Below, piece by piece: positions 1 through 10,181 of a DNA stretch of 64,000 nucleotides. Each line of letters begins with the position of its first letter. Within the stretch, counting starts at the first letter, position 1. A model generated the notes under the pieces. That model saw nothing but the letters and a program-made list of their open reading frames with translations. It made no database searches and had not been told where the DNA came from. The position numbers and the translations under genes are program-made. The stretch lies in the NCBI GenBank assembly GCA_040901675.1, contig JBBDYJ010000006.1, forward strand, positions 93,288-157,287. Direction: 5' to 3'. Source of the DNA: Pirellulales bacterium. Lineage in GTDB: Bacteria; Planctomycetota; Planctomycetia; Pirellulales; JAICIG01.

Positions 1-10
1 ACTAAGAGTG

Positions 11-46
11 GTCATTTGTCATTTGTCATTGGTCATTTGTCATTGG
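11..46. repeat. Heptamer tandem repeat (GTCATTT/GTCATTG)n
   Basis: About 5 imperfect 7-mers. They contain the TGA stop (40-42, minus strand) of the adjacent gene. Confidence 0.85.
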
Positions 47-639
47 GGTTCCTCGTTTCCCTTGACGCTGAATCGCGTCACCTGCCACTGGACGTCGATG
101 TCGAGCGACTCTTCGAGCACGGCCCGCTCGTATTTCTTCGGGTAGCCGAACCGGTCATCGAACTCGGCACGCAGCACGACCTGGGTGCCGGCCGGGGCGT
201 TGAATCCGGCCGGATCCCGGACGTGCTCCAGTTCTTCGCGCATGAAACCGAACAGCCCCTCGACGGTCCAGGAATCCCACGTAGCCCGCCGGGGAGATAC
301 CCCGTTGCGGCGGACGGCGGCGGCCCGGCCGTCGCGGACCTCGACCTGGTAATTGCCGGAGGCCCGCCCGGAGATGACGATCTCCAGATCGTAGTTGTCG
401 GGCCCGCGCCGCTGCCAGAGGGCTTCGGCCGCGTCCAACCGCTGGAGCGTCAATAGCGGGAGCGGGTTGCGGTTGACGAGCAGGATGACCACCGCTGCCA
501 GCAGGGTCAGCGTGGCGCCCATGGCGGCGCCGGCCACGACCGCGCTGGGGCGCAGCGAGGGTCTTCTTCGGCCGGATGGGCCGGCGGAAAAAGTCGGGGT
601 CTCGTCACGAACCGGAGGGTCTTGGGCGCTGTCAAGCAT
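40..639 (-). CDS. DUF6174-like membrane-anchored protein
   Basis: N-terminal TM helix, then LDAAEALW..GPDNYDLEI...VEVRDG...TVEGLF...AEFDDRFGYPKKY, the pattern of DUF6174. Start is uncertain (ATG 639 chosen). Confidence 0.6.
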   Translation of the reverse strand: MLDSAQDPPVRDETPTFSAGPSGRRRPSLRPSAVVAGAAMGATLTLLAAVVILLVNRNPLPLLTLQRLDAAEALWQRRGPDNYDLEIVISGRASGNYQVEVRDGRAAAVRRNGVSPRRATWDSWTVEGLFGFMREELEHVRDPAGFNAPAGTQVVLRAEFDDRFGYPKKYERAVLEESLDIDVQWQVTRFSVKGNEEPQ

Positions 640-799
640 TTGGCGGCCACTGGCCAGCGGAGCGTGCCGGCAGTACATTGCGAGGGCAACAAGGCTTGGC
701 GCATTGTGCTGGTCGGCCTTGGGTGCCGTCAATCGGTGGTTCGCCTCGATCGGCATCTTCATCTGCCGGTAGTTGATTCAAGGGGGTTGCGAGCGAGTC

Positions 800-2014
800 A
801 TGCCCACCTGTGTTCTGGCTTATTCGGGCGGTTTGGACACCTCGGTCATCCTGGGCTGGCTTCAGGACGAAGGATACGAGGTGCACGCGGTGTACGTCGA
901 TCTGGGCCAACCGTGCGAGGACCGGCAGGCGATTCTGGACAAGGCCCGGCACTGTGGGGCCGCCTCGGCGCGGGTTGTCGATGCGAAGGAGGAACTGTGC
1001 CGGGACTTCGCCTTCCCGGTGCTGACCTGGCAAGCCCGCTACGAGGGGGTTTACCTGCTCGGCACGTCGATAGCCCGCCCGCTGATCGCCAAGGCTTGCC
1101 TGCAGGTGGCCCGCGAGGTCGGCGCCGACGCGTTTGCTCACGGCGCCACCGGTAAGGGGAACGACCAGTGCCGCTTCCAGCTCGCGGCCGAGGCGCTCGG
1201 TCCGGCCGTCGAAGTGATCGCCCCCTGGCGGCGCGAAAAGTTCCGCCGGTTGTTTCCGGGCCGCAAGGAGATGATCGATTTTTGCCGGCAGAAGCAGATT
1301 CCGGTGAAGGCGTCGTCCGCGAAGCCGTACAGCTCGGATGAAAACTGCCTGCACATCAGCTATGAAGCCGGCAAGCTGGAAGACCTCTCGGTGCACGGCT
1401 TCGAGCTGATCGATTTCGGCATGACGGTTTCGCCGCAGCAGGCGCCGGACCGCAGCGAGGCGGTGACCATCGGCTTCGAATCGGGCGTTCCGGTGACGCT
1501 CGACGGGCGGCGCCGCAGCGCGTACGAGATGGTGGCCGAGCTGAACCGCATCGGCGGGCGCAACGGGATCGGGCGGGTGGACGTGGTGGAGAACCGCTTC
1601 GTGGGAATGAAGAGCCGCGGCGTTTACGAGGCGCCCGGCATGACGGTGCTGTACGAGGCGCACCGGCTGGTCGAACAGCTTACGCTCGATCGCGACCTGG
1701 CCCATCTGCGCGACCGGCTGGCCCCCGAAGTGGCGGAGATGGTTTATTACGGCTTTTGGTACCATGCCAAGATGGACGCCTTGATGGCCTTCATCCGCGA
1801 GGCGCAGCGGAACGTGACGGGCGAGACCACGCTCGAGCTGTACAAGGGGAACATGTCGGTGGTCAGGCGGTCGAGCCCCGTGAGCCTGTACGACGAGGGG
1901 ATCGCCAGCATGGAAGGCGGCGGCGCGTACAACCAGACAGACGCCGAAGGCTTTTTGCGAATCCAGGGGCTGCCGGGTCGAGTGCAGGGAAGAATCAGGC
2001 CCAGGACATTCTAG
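800..2014 (+). CDS. argG: Argininosuccinate synthase
   Basis: VLAYSGGLDTS, AHGATGKGNDQCRF, YSSDENCLHISYE and ENRFVGMKSRGVYEAPG motifs. Confidence 0.98.
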   Translation: MPTCVLAYSGGLDTSVILGWLQDEGYEVHAVYVDLGQPCEDRQAILDKARHCGAASARVVDAKEELCRDFAFPVLTWQARYEGVYLLGTSIARPLIAKACLQVAREVGADAFAHGATGKGNDQCRFQLAAEALGPAVEVIAPWRREKFRRLFPGRKEMIDFCRQKQIPVKASSAKPYSSDENCLHISYEAGKLEDLSVHGFELIDFGMTVSPQQAPDRSEAVTIGFESGVPVTLDGRRRSAYEMVAELNRIGGRNGIGRVDVVENRFVGMKSRGVYEAPGMTVLYEAHRLVEQLTLDRDLAHLRDRLAPEVAEMVYYGFWYHAKMDALMAFIREAQRNVTGETTLELYKGNMSVVRRSSPVSLYDEGIASMEGGGAYNQTDAEGFLRIQGLPGRVQGRIRPRTF

Positions 2015-2025
2015 CGAAAGTGTCT

Positions 2026-2136
2026 ATGCATTCCTGGCACGACATCTATCTCGACGACGAAGTGATCGAAACATCGTTCCCGGTCGTCATCGAGGTTCCC
2101 AGGGGGAGCAAGAAGCCGGCAGTGAAAACGGAATGA
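2026..2136 (+). pseudogene. ppa: Truncated N-terminal fragment of a family I inorganic pyrophosphatase
   Basis: MHSWHDI...FPVVIEVPRGSK matches the start of soluble PPases (normally followed by NKYE.DK). The frame ends after 36 aa inside a REP hairpin. Confidence 0.7.
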
Positions 2137-2149
2137 ATTCCGTTCTACG
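2127..2149 (-). repeat. GTAG-type REP-like hairpin (cGTAGaacggaattcattccgtt)
   Basis: Stem aacggaa/ttccgtt followed by ctacg (GTAG on the minus strand). Confidence 0.65.
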
Positions 2150-2158
2150 GTGCGGGCG

Positions 2159-2707
2159 CTAATTGATCAGGATGGGGCGGGGAGGGCCGCCGGCGTCGGG
2201 GTCGCGGCGCTCCCACTCGCGCCGCAGCTCGCCCAGGCCGTAGGCGCATAGCTCGAAGTCGTGGCTGAGCCGCTCCAGGACTTCGTTCTCGCCGGCGCTG
2301 TCCTTGGTCTCGATCGTGCTGGCGATGTAGTAAGCCCGCTTGCCCTGCTCGCAGTAATCCACGAAGTGGTCCAGCCGGGTCGGTTTCTGCAGCCGCCGCA
2401 AGGCTTCCGGATAGACCCCGGTCCAAAACAGCGTGAAGTCGCCGATGTGCCGGTGTACCTCCCGGCGGGGGTCGCCGATGCGGGCCTCCGCTTCCAGCAG
2501 CATCTCGGCCACCTCCTCCAGACGGCGGCCTGACGGTGCGCGGACCGTATAGATGGCGTCGCAGTGCACGAAACGCGTGAGCAGTGCGGAGATATACTCC
2601 ACCAGCGGGGGGTCGGCCACTCCAAGCCGGGAGTGAAAAGTGTATTCCGCCAGACCGGAAAAAAATCGGTAAAGCGGTGCGTGAGAACGCTTTAAATCCA
2701 TCGCCAT
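2159..2707 (-). CDS. Conserved hypothetical protein (planctomycete type)
   Basis: Globular ORF (FFSGLAEYTFHSRLGVADPPLVEY...HRHIGDFTLFWTGVYPE) with an AGGAGG-like RBS before ATG 2707. Confidence 0.8.
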   Translation of the reverse strand: MAMDLKRSHAPLYRFFSGLAEYTFHSRLGVADPPLVEYISALLTRFVHCDAIYTVRAPSGRRLEEVAEMLLEAEARIGDPRREVHRHIGDFTLFWTGVYPEALRRLQKPTRLDHFVDYCEQGKRAYYIASTIETKDSAGENEVLERLSHDFELCAYGLGELRREWERRDPDAGGPPRPILIN

Positions 2708-2787
2708 CGGCCTCCTGCTAACCACAAAGCCGGCATGCCCGCGCGATCGCTTGCCCGGCCAGGAGGATCTGCCTCTGGATCTATCGG

Positions 2788-2809
2788 CAGGCTGGAAGCC
2801 TACGCTACG
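2788..2809 (-). repeat. GTAG-type REP-like hairpin (cGTAGcgtaggcttccagcctg)
   Basis: Stem aggct/agcct with an adjacent GTAG, in an intergenic position. Confidence 0.55.
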
Positions 2810-2961
2810 ACGATTGGGCGATCTCCCTTGCAAGTTTACGCAACGAAATCCGGCCCGGTCAAGCAGTCACAGTGGGATAGGGAGGAATAAATTGATAGCG
2901 AAGGATGGTGAAGATAGATAAATCGGTGGAACGGCGGGAGGACGGCCCGGGGCGCCTGTCC

Positions 2962-3768
2962 CTACTGCTTGTTGAGCGCCGCCAATAGCGTCGAAACATA
3001 GTCGCCGACCTCGCCCAGCACCTGGGCGCGCGGGCGGGTGCCGGCCTCGGCAATGCGGCGCACAATTGCCGAACCGACGATCAGTCCATCGGCGACGGGC
3101 GCCAGCACCTCGACGTGTTGGGGCGTGGAAATGCCGAAGCCGATACAAATCGGCAACTCGGTTTGTTCGCGGAGCCAGCCCACGTCGTCCAGCAGCGAGT
3201 CGGGCAACGTTGTCCGCTCGCCGGTGATCCCGGTGACCGATACGTAGTAAAGGAAGCCGGTGGAACTGGCGGCAATGCGCACTGCTCGCGGCCGCGGCGT
3301 GGTCGGCGTAACCAACTGAACCAGGCTGAGGTCGGCCGCACCGCATAGCTCCGCCAGCCCAGCCGACTCCTCGACCAGCAGATCGGGGACGATCAAGCCC
3401 GCCACGCCGGCCCTGGTGGCCTCGGCCACATACCGCTCGGGACCACGACGGTGGATGATTGCATAGCTGACCATCGTCACCAGCGGCATCGACAGCCCGG
3501 CGCCCGCACGGCCGGCCATCTCGAGGATTTGCGACAGCTTCACCCCCCTGGCGAGCGCCCGGGTGTAGGAGGCCTGGATGACCGGCCCGTCGGCAATGGG
3601 GTCGCTGTAAGGAATCCCCAGCTCACAGAGATGGGCGCCGCGGCGGGCCAGCTCGGCCAGCACGTCGGCGGTGAACTCGAGATCGGGATCGCCGGCCGTG
3701 ATGAAAGGCATCAGCGCTTTTTGGCCGCGCGAGCGAAGCTGCTTGAACAACTGGTCGATGGCCGACAT
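2962..3768 (-). CDS. trpA: Tryptophan synthase alpha chain
   Basis: PFITAGDP, ELGIPYSDPIADGPVIQ, YYVSVTGITG, GFGIS and ADGLIVGSA motifs. Confidence 0.98.
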   Translation of the reverse strand: MSAIDQLFKQLRSRGQKALMPFITAGDPDLEFTADVLAELARRGAHLCELGIPYSDPIADGPVIQASYTRALARGVKLSQILEMAGRAGAGLSMPLVTMVSYAIIHRRGPERYVAEATRAGVAGLIVPDLLVEESAGLAELCGAADLSLVQLVTPTTPRPRAVRIAASSTGFLYYVSVTGITGERTTLPDSLLDDVGWLREQTELPICIGFGISTPQHVEVLAPVADGLIVGSAIVRRIAEAGTRPRAQVLGEVGDYVSTLLAALNKQ

Positions 3769-3800
3769 TTCTCACCGCGCTTGCGTGCCGCCTTGGCCGC

Positions 3801-5003
<1,203 letters not shown>

Positions 5004-5103
5004 GGACTGGGTTGGTTTAGGAGGGTCGGGGTCGGCTGCGAAGCGGCCAACGTTAACGTTTGATTCTCGACCACCCTGGTCGGACGGTCAAGGGCGGGGG
5101 GGC

Positions 5104-5143
5104 AGCAGAAGGAGGAAGGCAGAAGGCAGAAGGAGGAAGGAGG
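5104..5143. repeat. Heptamer tandem repeat (GGCAGAA/GGAGGAA)n
   Basis: Purine-rich 7-mer run in the trpB-mutM intergenic region. Confidence 0.75.
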
Positions 5144-5214
5144 AACAGCAGTGGTGTTGCCCACCCCTTTGTCCCCTCCGCCCGCCTGCGGTCCAATAGA
5201 GCGCCACACCTCAA

Positions 5215-5276
5215 CGGCCGCATGAAATGCGATCACTACGAACGGACGGACCCCATAAATGGGGTCACTACGAACG
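5215..5276 (-). repeat. Two tandem REP-like units ending ...tcactacgaac (GTAG type)
   Basis: ccgcatgaaatgcgatcactacgaac and gaccccataaatggggtcactacgaac. Same family as the palindrome at 61991-62026. Confidence 0.75.
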
Positions 5277-5287
5277 CACTATCCGCC

Positions 5288-6157
5288 ATGCCTGAACTGC
5301 CTGAAGTCGAAACGATGAAGCGGGGGATCGCGGCCATTGTGGGCAGCCGGGTTGAGGGCGTACACCGCCCGCGCTGCCGGCTGAAGCCAATTGCGATCGC
5401 GCCGGGCCTGGCCACTTTTCGGCGGCGGGCGGTTGGCCGGCGGATCGCCGCGGTCGATCGGCGGGGCAAACGAGTGGTGATTCGGCTGGAAGGTGGGGGC
5501 GCTGGGTGGGGCGACTCAATCGTGCTGGAGCCTCGCATGACGGGCCTGGTGCTGTTGGCCGACTCGCCTGATGCCGAGCATCTCCGCTTCCGCCTGGAGC
5601 TGGCAGGCGGGCCGGCCAAGGAGGTGCTGTTTTGGGACCGGCGCGGGCTGGGGTCGGTTCGCCTCGTTTCACCGGCCGAGTTCGAGCGGCGCTATGGACT
5701 CGACTGCCTGGGACCCGATGCGCTGGGCATTACGCCCAAGTTGTTGCGAAGCCGCCTGGGCGCCAGCCGGCGCGAAATCAAGGTGGCCTTGCTCGATCAA
5801 CGCGCCGTGGCGGGCATCGGCAACCTGTATGCATCGGAGATCCTGCACCTGGCCGCCATTCATCCGCGGCGCCGTTGCGACCAGCTCCGCCCAATCGAGT
5901 GGCGGCGGCTGTGCCGTGCGATCGTGGAAGTGCTTGAAGAAGCGATCCGCTGCGAGGGCTCCACCTTGTCGGACGGCACTTATCGCAATGCTTTGAACCA
6001 GGCGGGCGCTTACCAGGCGCGCCACCGCGTTTACGACCGCGGCGGCCAGCGCTGCCTGACTTGCCGGCGGGCCGACGTGGTCCGGATTGTGCAGGCCCAG
6101 CGGTCGACGTATTTCTGCCCGGGGTGCCAACGGTCGTCATTGGTCATTGGTCATTAG
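5288..6157 (+). CDS. mutM: Formamidopyrimidine-DNA glycosylase (Fpg)
   Basis: N-terminal MPELPEVE, RRGK, H2TH LLDQRAVAGIGNLYASE, and C-terminal zinc finger CLTC...RSTYFCPGCQ. Confidence 0.97.
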   Translation: MPELPEVETMKRGIAAIVGSRVEGVHRPRCRLKPIAIAPGLATFRRRAVGRRIAAVDRRGKRVVIRLEGGGAGWGDSIVLEPRMTGLVLLADSPDAEHLRFRLELAGGPAKEVLFWDRRGLGSVRLVSPAEFERRYGLDCLGPDALGITPKLLRSRLGASRREIKVALLDQRAVAGIGNLYASEILHLAAIHPRRRCDQLRPIEWRRLCRAIVEVLEEAIRCEGSTLSDGTYRNALNQAGAYQARHRVYDRGGQRCLTCRRADVVRIVQAQRSTYFCPGCQRSSLVIGH

Positions 6158-6171
6158 TCATTGGTCATTGG
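6135..6171. repeat. Heptamer tandem repeat (GTCATTG)n
   Basis: Five units. They encode the last residues (SLVIGH) and the TAG stop of mutM. Confidence 0.85.
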
Positions 6172-6309
6172 TTCCGCCTGCGGCCGACTTGCAGCCCAGT
6201 CAGAGGTCAGGGGTCAGAAAAAGTTTGCAGATCGTCGCGGAACGGGGTTTAATGATTGGGCTGCTTCCGGCCTGGAAACTTATCACCTGTCTCCCGCCCA
6301 TGGAGGTCT

Positions 6310-7365
6310 ATGATGCAACGCCAGAGAATTGCCTGTCCCGATTGCGACGCCCTGCCCAATGGCCATTCGACCGCCGACGGCGTCAACCGCCGGGTGTTCT
6401 TGAAAGTAGCCGGCGCTACCGCCCTGGCAGCCGGGGGCTTGCCATCGATCGCCAGCGCGGCCGCTGGCGCCGGCAAGCCCGAATCGCTGGTCAAGGTCCT
6501 CTACGACAGCCTGTCGGAAGAGCAGCGCGGCAAGATCTGCTTTGCCTGGGACCACCAGCACCCCCAGCAGGGCCTGCTGCGCACGCGGGTGGCCAATAAC
6601 TGGCACATCACGGAGCCGGACATCGGCAGCAGCTTCTACAATGCCGACCAGCAGGCGATGATCCGCGACATCTTCGAGGGGATTATCCAACCCGACTGGC
6701 ACAAGCGGATCGACAAACAGCTCGAAGACGACGCCGGCGGTTATGGCGTGGACCAGAACATCGCCATCTTCGGCTCGCCCGGCGAGGGCAAGTTCGAGTT
6801 CGTGATGACCGGCCGTCACATGACCTTGCGATGCGACGGCAATTCGGCCGACCACGTGGCCTTCGGCGGGCCGATCTTCTACGGCCATGCCGCCAGCGGG
6901 TTCGACGAACCGGCCGACCACGACGGCAACGTGTTCTGGCCGCAGGCGGTCGAAGCCAACAAGCTGTTCGAGATGCTCGACGGCCGCCAGCGCGAGATTG
7001 CGCTCGTGGAAAAGCTGCCGCGGGAGCAGCATGTGGCGTTTCGCGGCACGGCGGGCGGCTTTCCGGGCATTCCGGTCAGCGAGATGTCGTCCGATCAGAG
7101 GGAGCACGCCCAGAAGGTGCTGCAGAAGCTGATCGAGCCGTATCGCCAGGAAGACCAGGACGAAGTGGTGGCCTGCTTGAAGGCCCAGGGAGGCCTCGAC
7201 AAGTGCGCGCTGGCCTTCTACAAGGAAGGCGACATCGGCGGCGACGGCGTCTGGGACTGCTGGCGGCTCGAAGGGCCCGCGTTCGTCTGGTACTTCCGCG
7301 GCAGCCCGCACGTTCACGTGTGGGTGAACGTGGCGAGCGACCCCTCGGTGACGACGAACACGTAG
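6310..7365 (+). CDS. DUF3500 domain protein with Tat signal
   Basis: NRRVFLK twin-arginine signal, plus GRHMTLRCDG, FGGPIFYG and WRLEGPAFVWYFRGSPHVHVW. GGAGG RBS. Confidence 0.8.
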   Translation: MMQRQRIACPDCDALPNGHSTADGVNRRVFLKVAGATALAAGGLPSIASAAAGAGKPESLVKVLYDSLSEEQRGKICFAWDHQHPQQGLLRTRVANNWHITEPDIGSSFYNADQQAMIRDIFEGIIQPDWHKRIDKQLEDDAGGYGVDQNIAIFGSPGEGKFEFVMTGRHMTLRCDGNSADHVAFGGPIFYGHAASGFDEPADHDGNVFWPQAVEANKLFEMLDGRQREIALVEKLPREQHVAFRGTAGGFPGIPVSEMSSDQREHAQKVLQKLIEPYRQEDQDEVVACLKAQGGLDKCALAFYKEGDIGGDGVWDCWRLEGPAFVWYFRGSPHVHVWVNVASDPSVTTNT

Positions 7366-7530
7366 CAGTGAATAGTGGTCGGTGGTCGGTGGGCAGTAGT
7401 TAGCGGTCAATCGCAGAAAGCCGCTGCGCGAGGATGACGCGGACGGCGCCGGCGATCCGCGCCACCGGCGGCGTGCCATCGGCTTGCACGGCTGAAACGC
7501 CTGTTGTAATCTGGCGACGGCGCACAAGAC

Positions 7531-7558
7531 GCCACTCGCGGAGCGAGTGGCCCACATT
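7531..7558. repeat. REP-like hairpin gccactcgcggagcgagtggcccacatt (second copy at 11115-11142)
   Basis: Stem ccactcgc/gcgagtgg. A near-identical 28-mer recurs at 11115. Confidence 0.8.
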
Positions 7559-7594
7559 CAGCCTGGGCGATTCAGCTTTGGGAGGCATGGCATC

Positions 7595-8701
7595 ATGGCA
7601 AGCGACAAGAAGGTCCGCGTGGCGATCATCGGTCTGGGCTTCGGCGCGGAGTTCATCCCTATCTACCAGAACCATCCGCGCGCGGAGCTATACGCGATCT
7701 GCCAGCGGAGCGAGTCGAAGCTCAACCAGATCGCCGACCATTTCAACGTCAAGGTGCGGTACACCGATTACCAGCAGGTGTTGAACGACCCGAACGTCGA
7801 CGCCGTCCACATCAACACGCCGATACCGGATCACGGGCCGCAAAGCCTGGCGGGCTTGAAGGCCGGCAAGCACGTGGCCTGCACGGTGCCCATGGCCACC
7901 AGCGTCGAGCAGTGCCGGGCGATCGTCGAGGCGCAGCGGGCCAGCGGCAAGCTGTACATGATGATGGAGACGGTTGTTTACAGCCGCGAGTTCCTGTTCG
8001 TGAAGCAGCTTTACGAGAGCGGCGAGCTGGGCAGGATCCAGTTCTTGCGGGGCAGCCACCAGCAGGAGATGGCGGGCTGGCCGGGCTACTGGGAGGGATT
8101 GCCGCCGATGCACTATGCCACCCACTGCGTGAGCCCCTGCCTTTGCCTGCCGGGCAAGCGGGCCGAGAGCGTCGTCTGCCACGGATCGGGCCGGATCAGC
8201 GAGAAGCTGGCGTCGAAGTACGGTTCGCCGTTTGCCGTGGAAACCGCCACCATCAAGATGGCCGACTCGCCCTTGTGCTGCGAGGTGACCCGTAGCCTGT
8301 TCGAGACGGCCCGGCAGTATATCGAGAGCTTCGACGTTTACGGCGACAAGGTGGCCTTCGAATGGCCGCGTGTCGAGCATGAGCCGTGCGTGCTGCACCG
8401 GGGCGAAACGCCCGAGCGGGTCGAGGTGCCCGACTTTGCCCACCTGCTGCCGGAACCGATTCGCAAGTTCACGACCAAGGGCGTTTACGACGCCGAAGGA
8501 TCGCAGCACCTCTCGTTCATTCAGGGGAGCGGTCACGGCGGCTCGCATCCGCACCTGGCGCACGCCTTTGTCACCGCCATTTCCGAAGGCCGGCCCCCCA
8601 TGCCCGATGCCGAGACGAGCGCCAACTGGACGATGACGGGCATTTGCGCGCACGAGTCGGCGATGAAGGGAGGCGAGCGGGTGGCGGTTCCCCAGTTGTA
8701 A
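7595..8701 (+). CDS. Gfo/Idh/MocA family oxidoreductase
   Basis: Rossmann motif VAIIGLGFG, DAVHINTPIPDH and GKHVACTVP. Confidence 0.92.
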   Translation: MASDKKVRVAIIGLGFGAEFIPIYQNHPRAELYAICQRSESKLNQIADHFNVKVRYTDYQQVLNDPNVDAVHINTPIPDHGPQSLAGLKAGKHVACTVPMATSVEQCRAIVEAQRASGKLYMMMETVVYSREFLFVKQLYESGELGRIQFLRGSHQQEMAGWPGYWEGLPPMHYATHCVSPCLCLPGKRAESVVCHGSGRISEKLASKYGSPFAVETATIKMADSPLCCEVTRSLFETARQYIESFDVYGDKVAFEWPRVEHEPCVLHRGETPERVEVPDFAHLLPEPIRKFTTKGVYDAEGSQHLSFIQGSGHGGSHPHLAHAFVTAISEGRPPMPDAETSANWTMTGICAHESAMKGGERVAVPQL

Positions 8702-8718
8702 ATGTTCCCCGGTTGTAA

Positions 8719-9390
8719 ATGGCGCAGTCCGAAAACGTGCTGGGGCTGTTTTTGCACCTGGCCCGGGCCAGCGAGCAACGCAACCGCCCCTGGGTCCGCG
8801 ACAAGTTCCTGGTGCTGGCCGCGGTGACCGCTTCGCAGGACGGGCTGGAGCAGATCGCCGCCTTCTGCCGCCGCAAGATCCTGTCCAACAATCCGGGCCA
8901 CCTGGTGGGGCACCACGAGTCGATCGCCGACGCCCTGGACGACGAGCGGTTCCGAGGGTTTCTGATCCAGCTCCGCAAGCGCTATTCGCGGGAGCGAGCC
9001 GAGCACATGCTCAGCTCGTTGGACATCGATCTGGCCAGCGAACGGGACTCGTATTTCAGCGACCACGAGTACGCGGCCGCGCTGTTGGGCACCTCGCCCG
9101 AGGAGCTGGAAGAGCTGTTCAACGGCCCGTGGCAGCCCGATACCGATGCGGGCGAGGAGTTCGCGGAAGATTCCGAGACCGAGCTCGTCCGTGAGCCGGG
9201 CGGCGGAGCCGCCGGGGAAACGGGCCGGCGACGGCTGCACGCTCTGCTGATCCTGCTGCTGGGGATACTGATCGGGTTTGTGTTGGCGCTGTTGGTTCCC
9301 CGGGTTGCGGGGGCGGCCCAGTGCGTCGGTGTTCCGCCGGTAGGGACCAGTTCCAATCTGCTTTTCGTGCCGGTTGTGCCCCTGGGGTAA
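8719..9390 (+). CDS. Hypothetical protein with C-terminal TM helix
   Basis: Operon position, GC-typical codon usage and hydrophobic segment LHALLILLLGILIGFVLALLV. Confidence 0.7.
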   Translation: MAQSENVLGLFLHLARASEQRNRPWVRDKFLVLAAVTASQDGLEQIAAFCRRKILSNNPGHLVGHHESIADALDDERFRGFLIQLRKRYSRERAEHMLSSLDIDLASERDSYFSDHEYAAALLGTSPEELEELFNGPWQPDTDAGEEFAEDSETELVREPGGGAAGETGRRRLHALLILLLGILIGFVLALLVPRVAGAAQCVGVPPVGTSSNLLFVPVVPLG

Positions 9391-9535
9391 GAGGGGGCAA
9401 GCCGAGCGGGCGTTGGCAAAGCCGCGCTGCTCTGGCGGCCGAGTTCATACCGAGGGAGCACGACCCGGCGCGCCGGCGGCAAACATGCCGGTGTCCAGGG
9501 CGCGTGCCGCGGATTCACCCGAGGGTCATCGGCAG

Positions 9536-10180
9536 ATGTTCAATCGCGGTTTGTTTGCGCTGTTTTTGGCCGCGGCGGTGGGCCTGCCCTACCTGGCCAG
9601 CTCGTTTTCGGGAGTTGCCGACCTGCTCAATCCGCGCGGCGCGGCGGAATCGGGCGGCGGGGAGGTGAACGGCGCGCCGGGACGGTCGATTCCCGGAAGG
9701 GCGAACCTGGCCGCGGCCGCCCAGGCAAGCCGAGGCCCCAACGCGGCATCGGGGGTGTATCCCTTGGAGGAGGTGTTTCGCTTCGACGTGACGACCGCCT
9801 GGGTGCTGTCGAAGTGGCCGCGAGTTTCGACCGGCCTGGCGAATCTCGATCTGCAGGGCTACCGGGTTTCTCTGGTCAGCGGCACGCGCCCGGACGACGT
9901 GGCCGGCTCGCTGACGTACTATTTCAATTCGCAGCAGCGCGTGCAGAAGATCACGTTCCAGGGCACGACGGGCGACTCGCGGCGGCTGGTCAGCCTGTTG
10001 GCGGGCCAGCACGGTCTTGTCCGGCAGGTTACCAGCGACCCGGGTTTGTTCCTGTACGAGGCGAAGCGGCAGGGACGGCCGATCAGCCAACTGCGGATCA
10101 AGCCGTCGCAGGTGGTTCGCGCCGATGTTCCGCACGCGCGGTTCGAAGTGGCGCTGCTGCTCGAGAAGCCGGAACGATGA
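9536..10180 (+). CDS. Planctomycete membrane-anchored protein (DUF6690-like)
   Basis: N-terminal anchor LFLAAAVGLPY, then EVFRFDVTTAWVLSKWPRVST...GYRVSLVSGT...AGSLTYYF. Confidence 0.7.
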   Translation: MFNRGLFALFLAAAVGLPYLASSFSGVADLLNPRGAAESGGGEVNGAPGRSIPGRANLAAAAQASRGPNAASGVYPLEEVFRFDVTTAWVLSKWPRVSTGLANLDLQGYRVSLVSGTRPDDVAGSLTYYFNSQQRVQKITFQGTTGDSRRLVSLLAGQHGLVRQVTSDPGLFLYEAKRQGRPISQLRIKPSQVVRADVPHARFEVALLLEKPER

Positions 10181-10181
10181 G

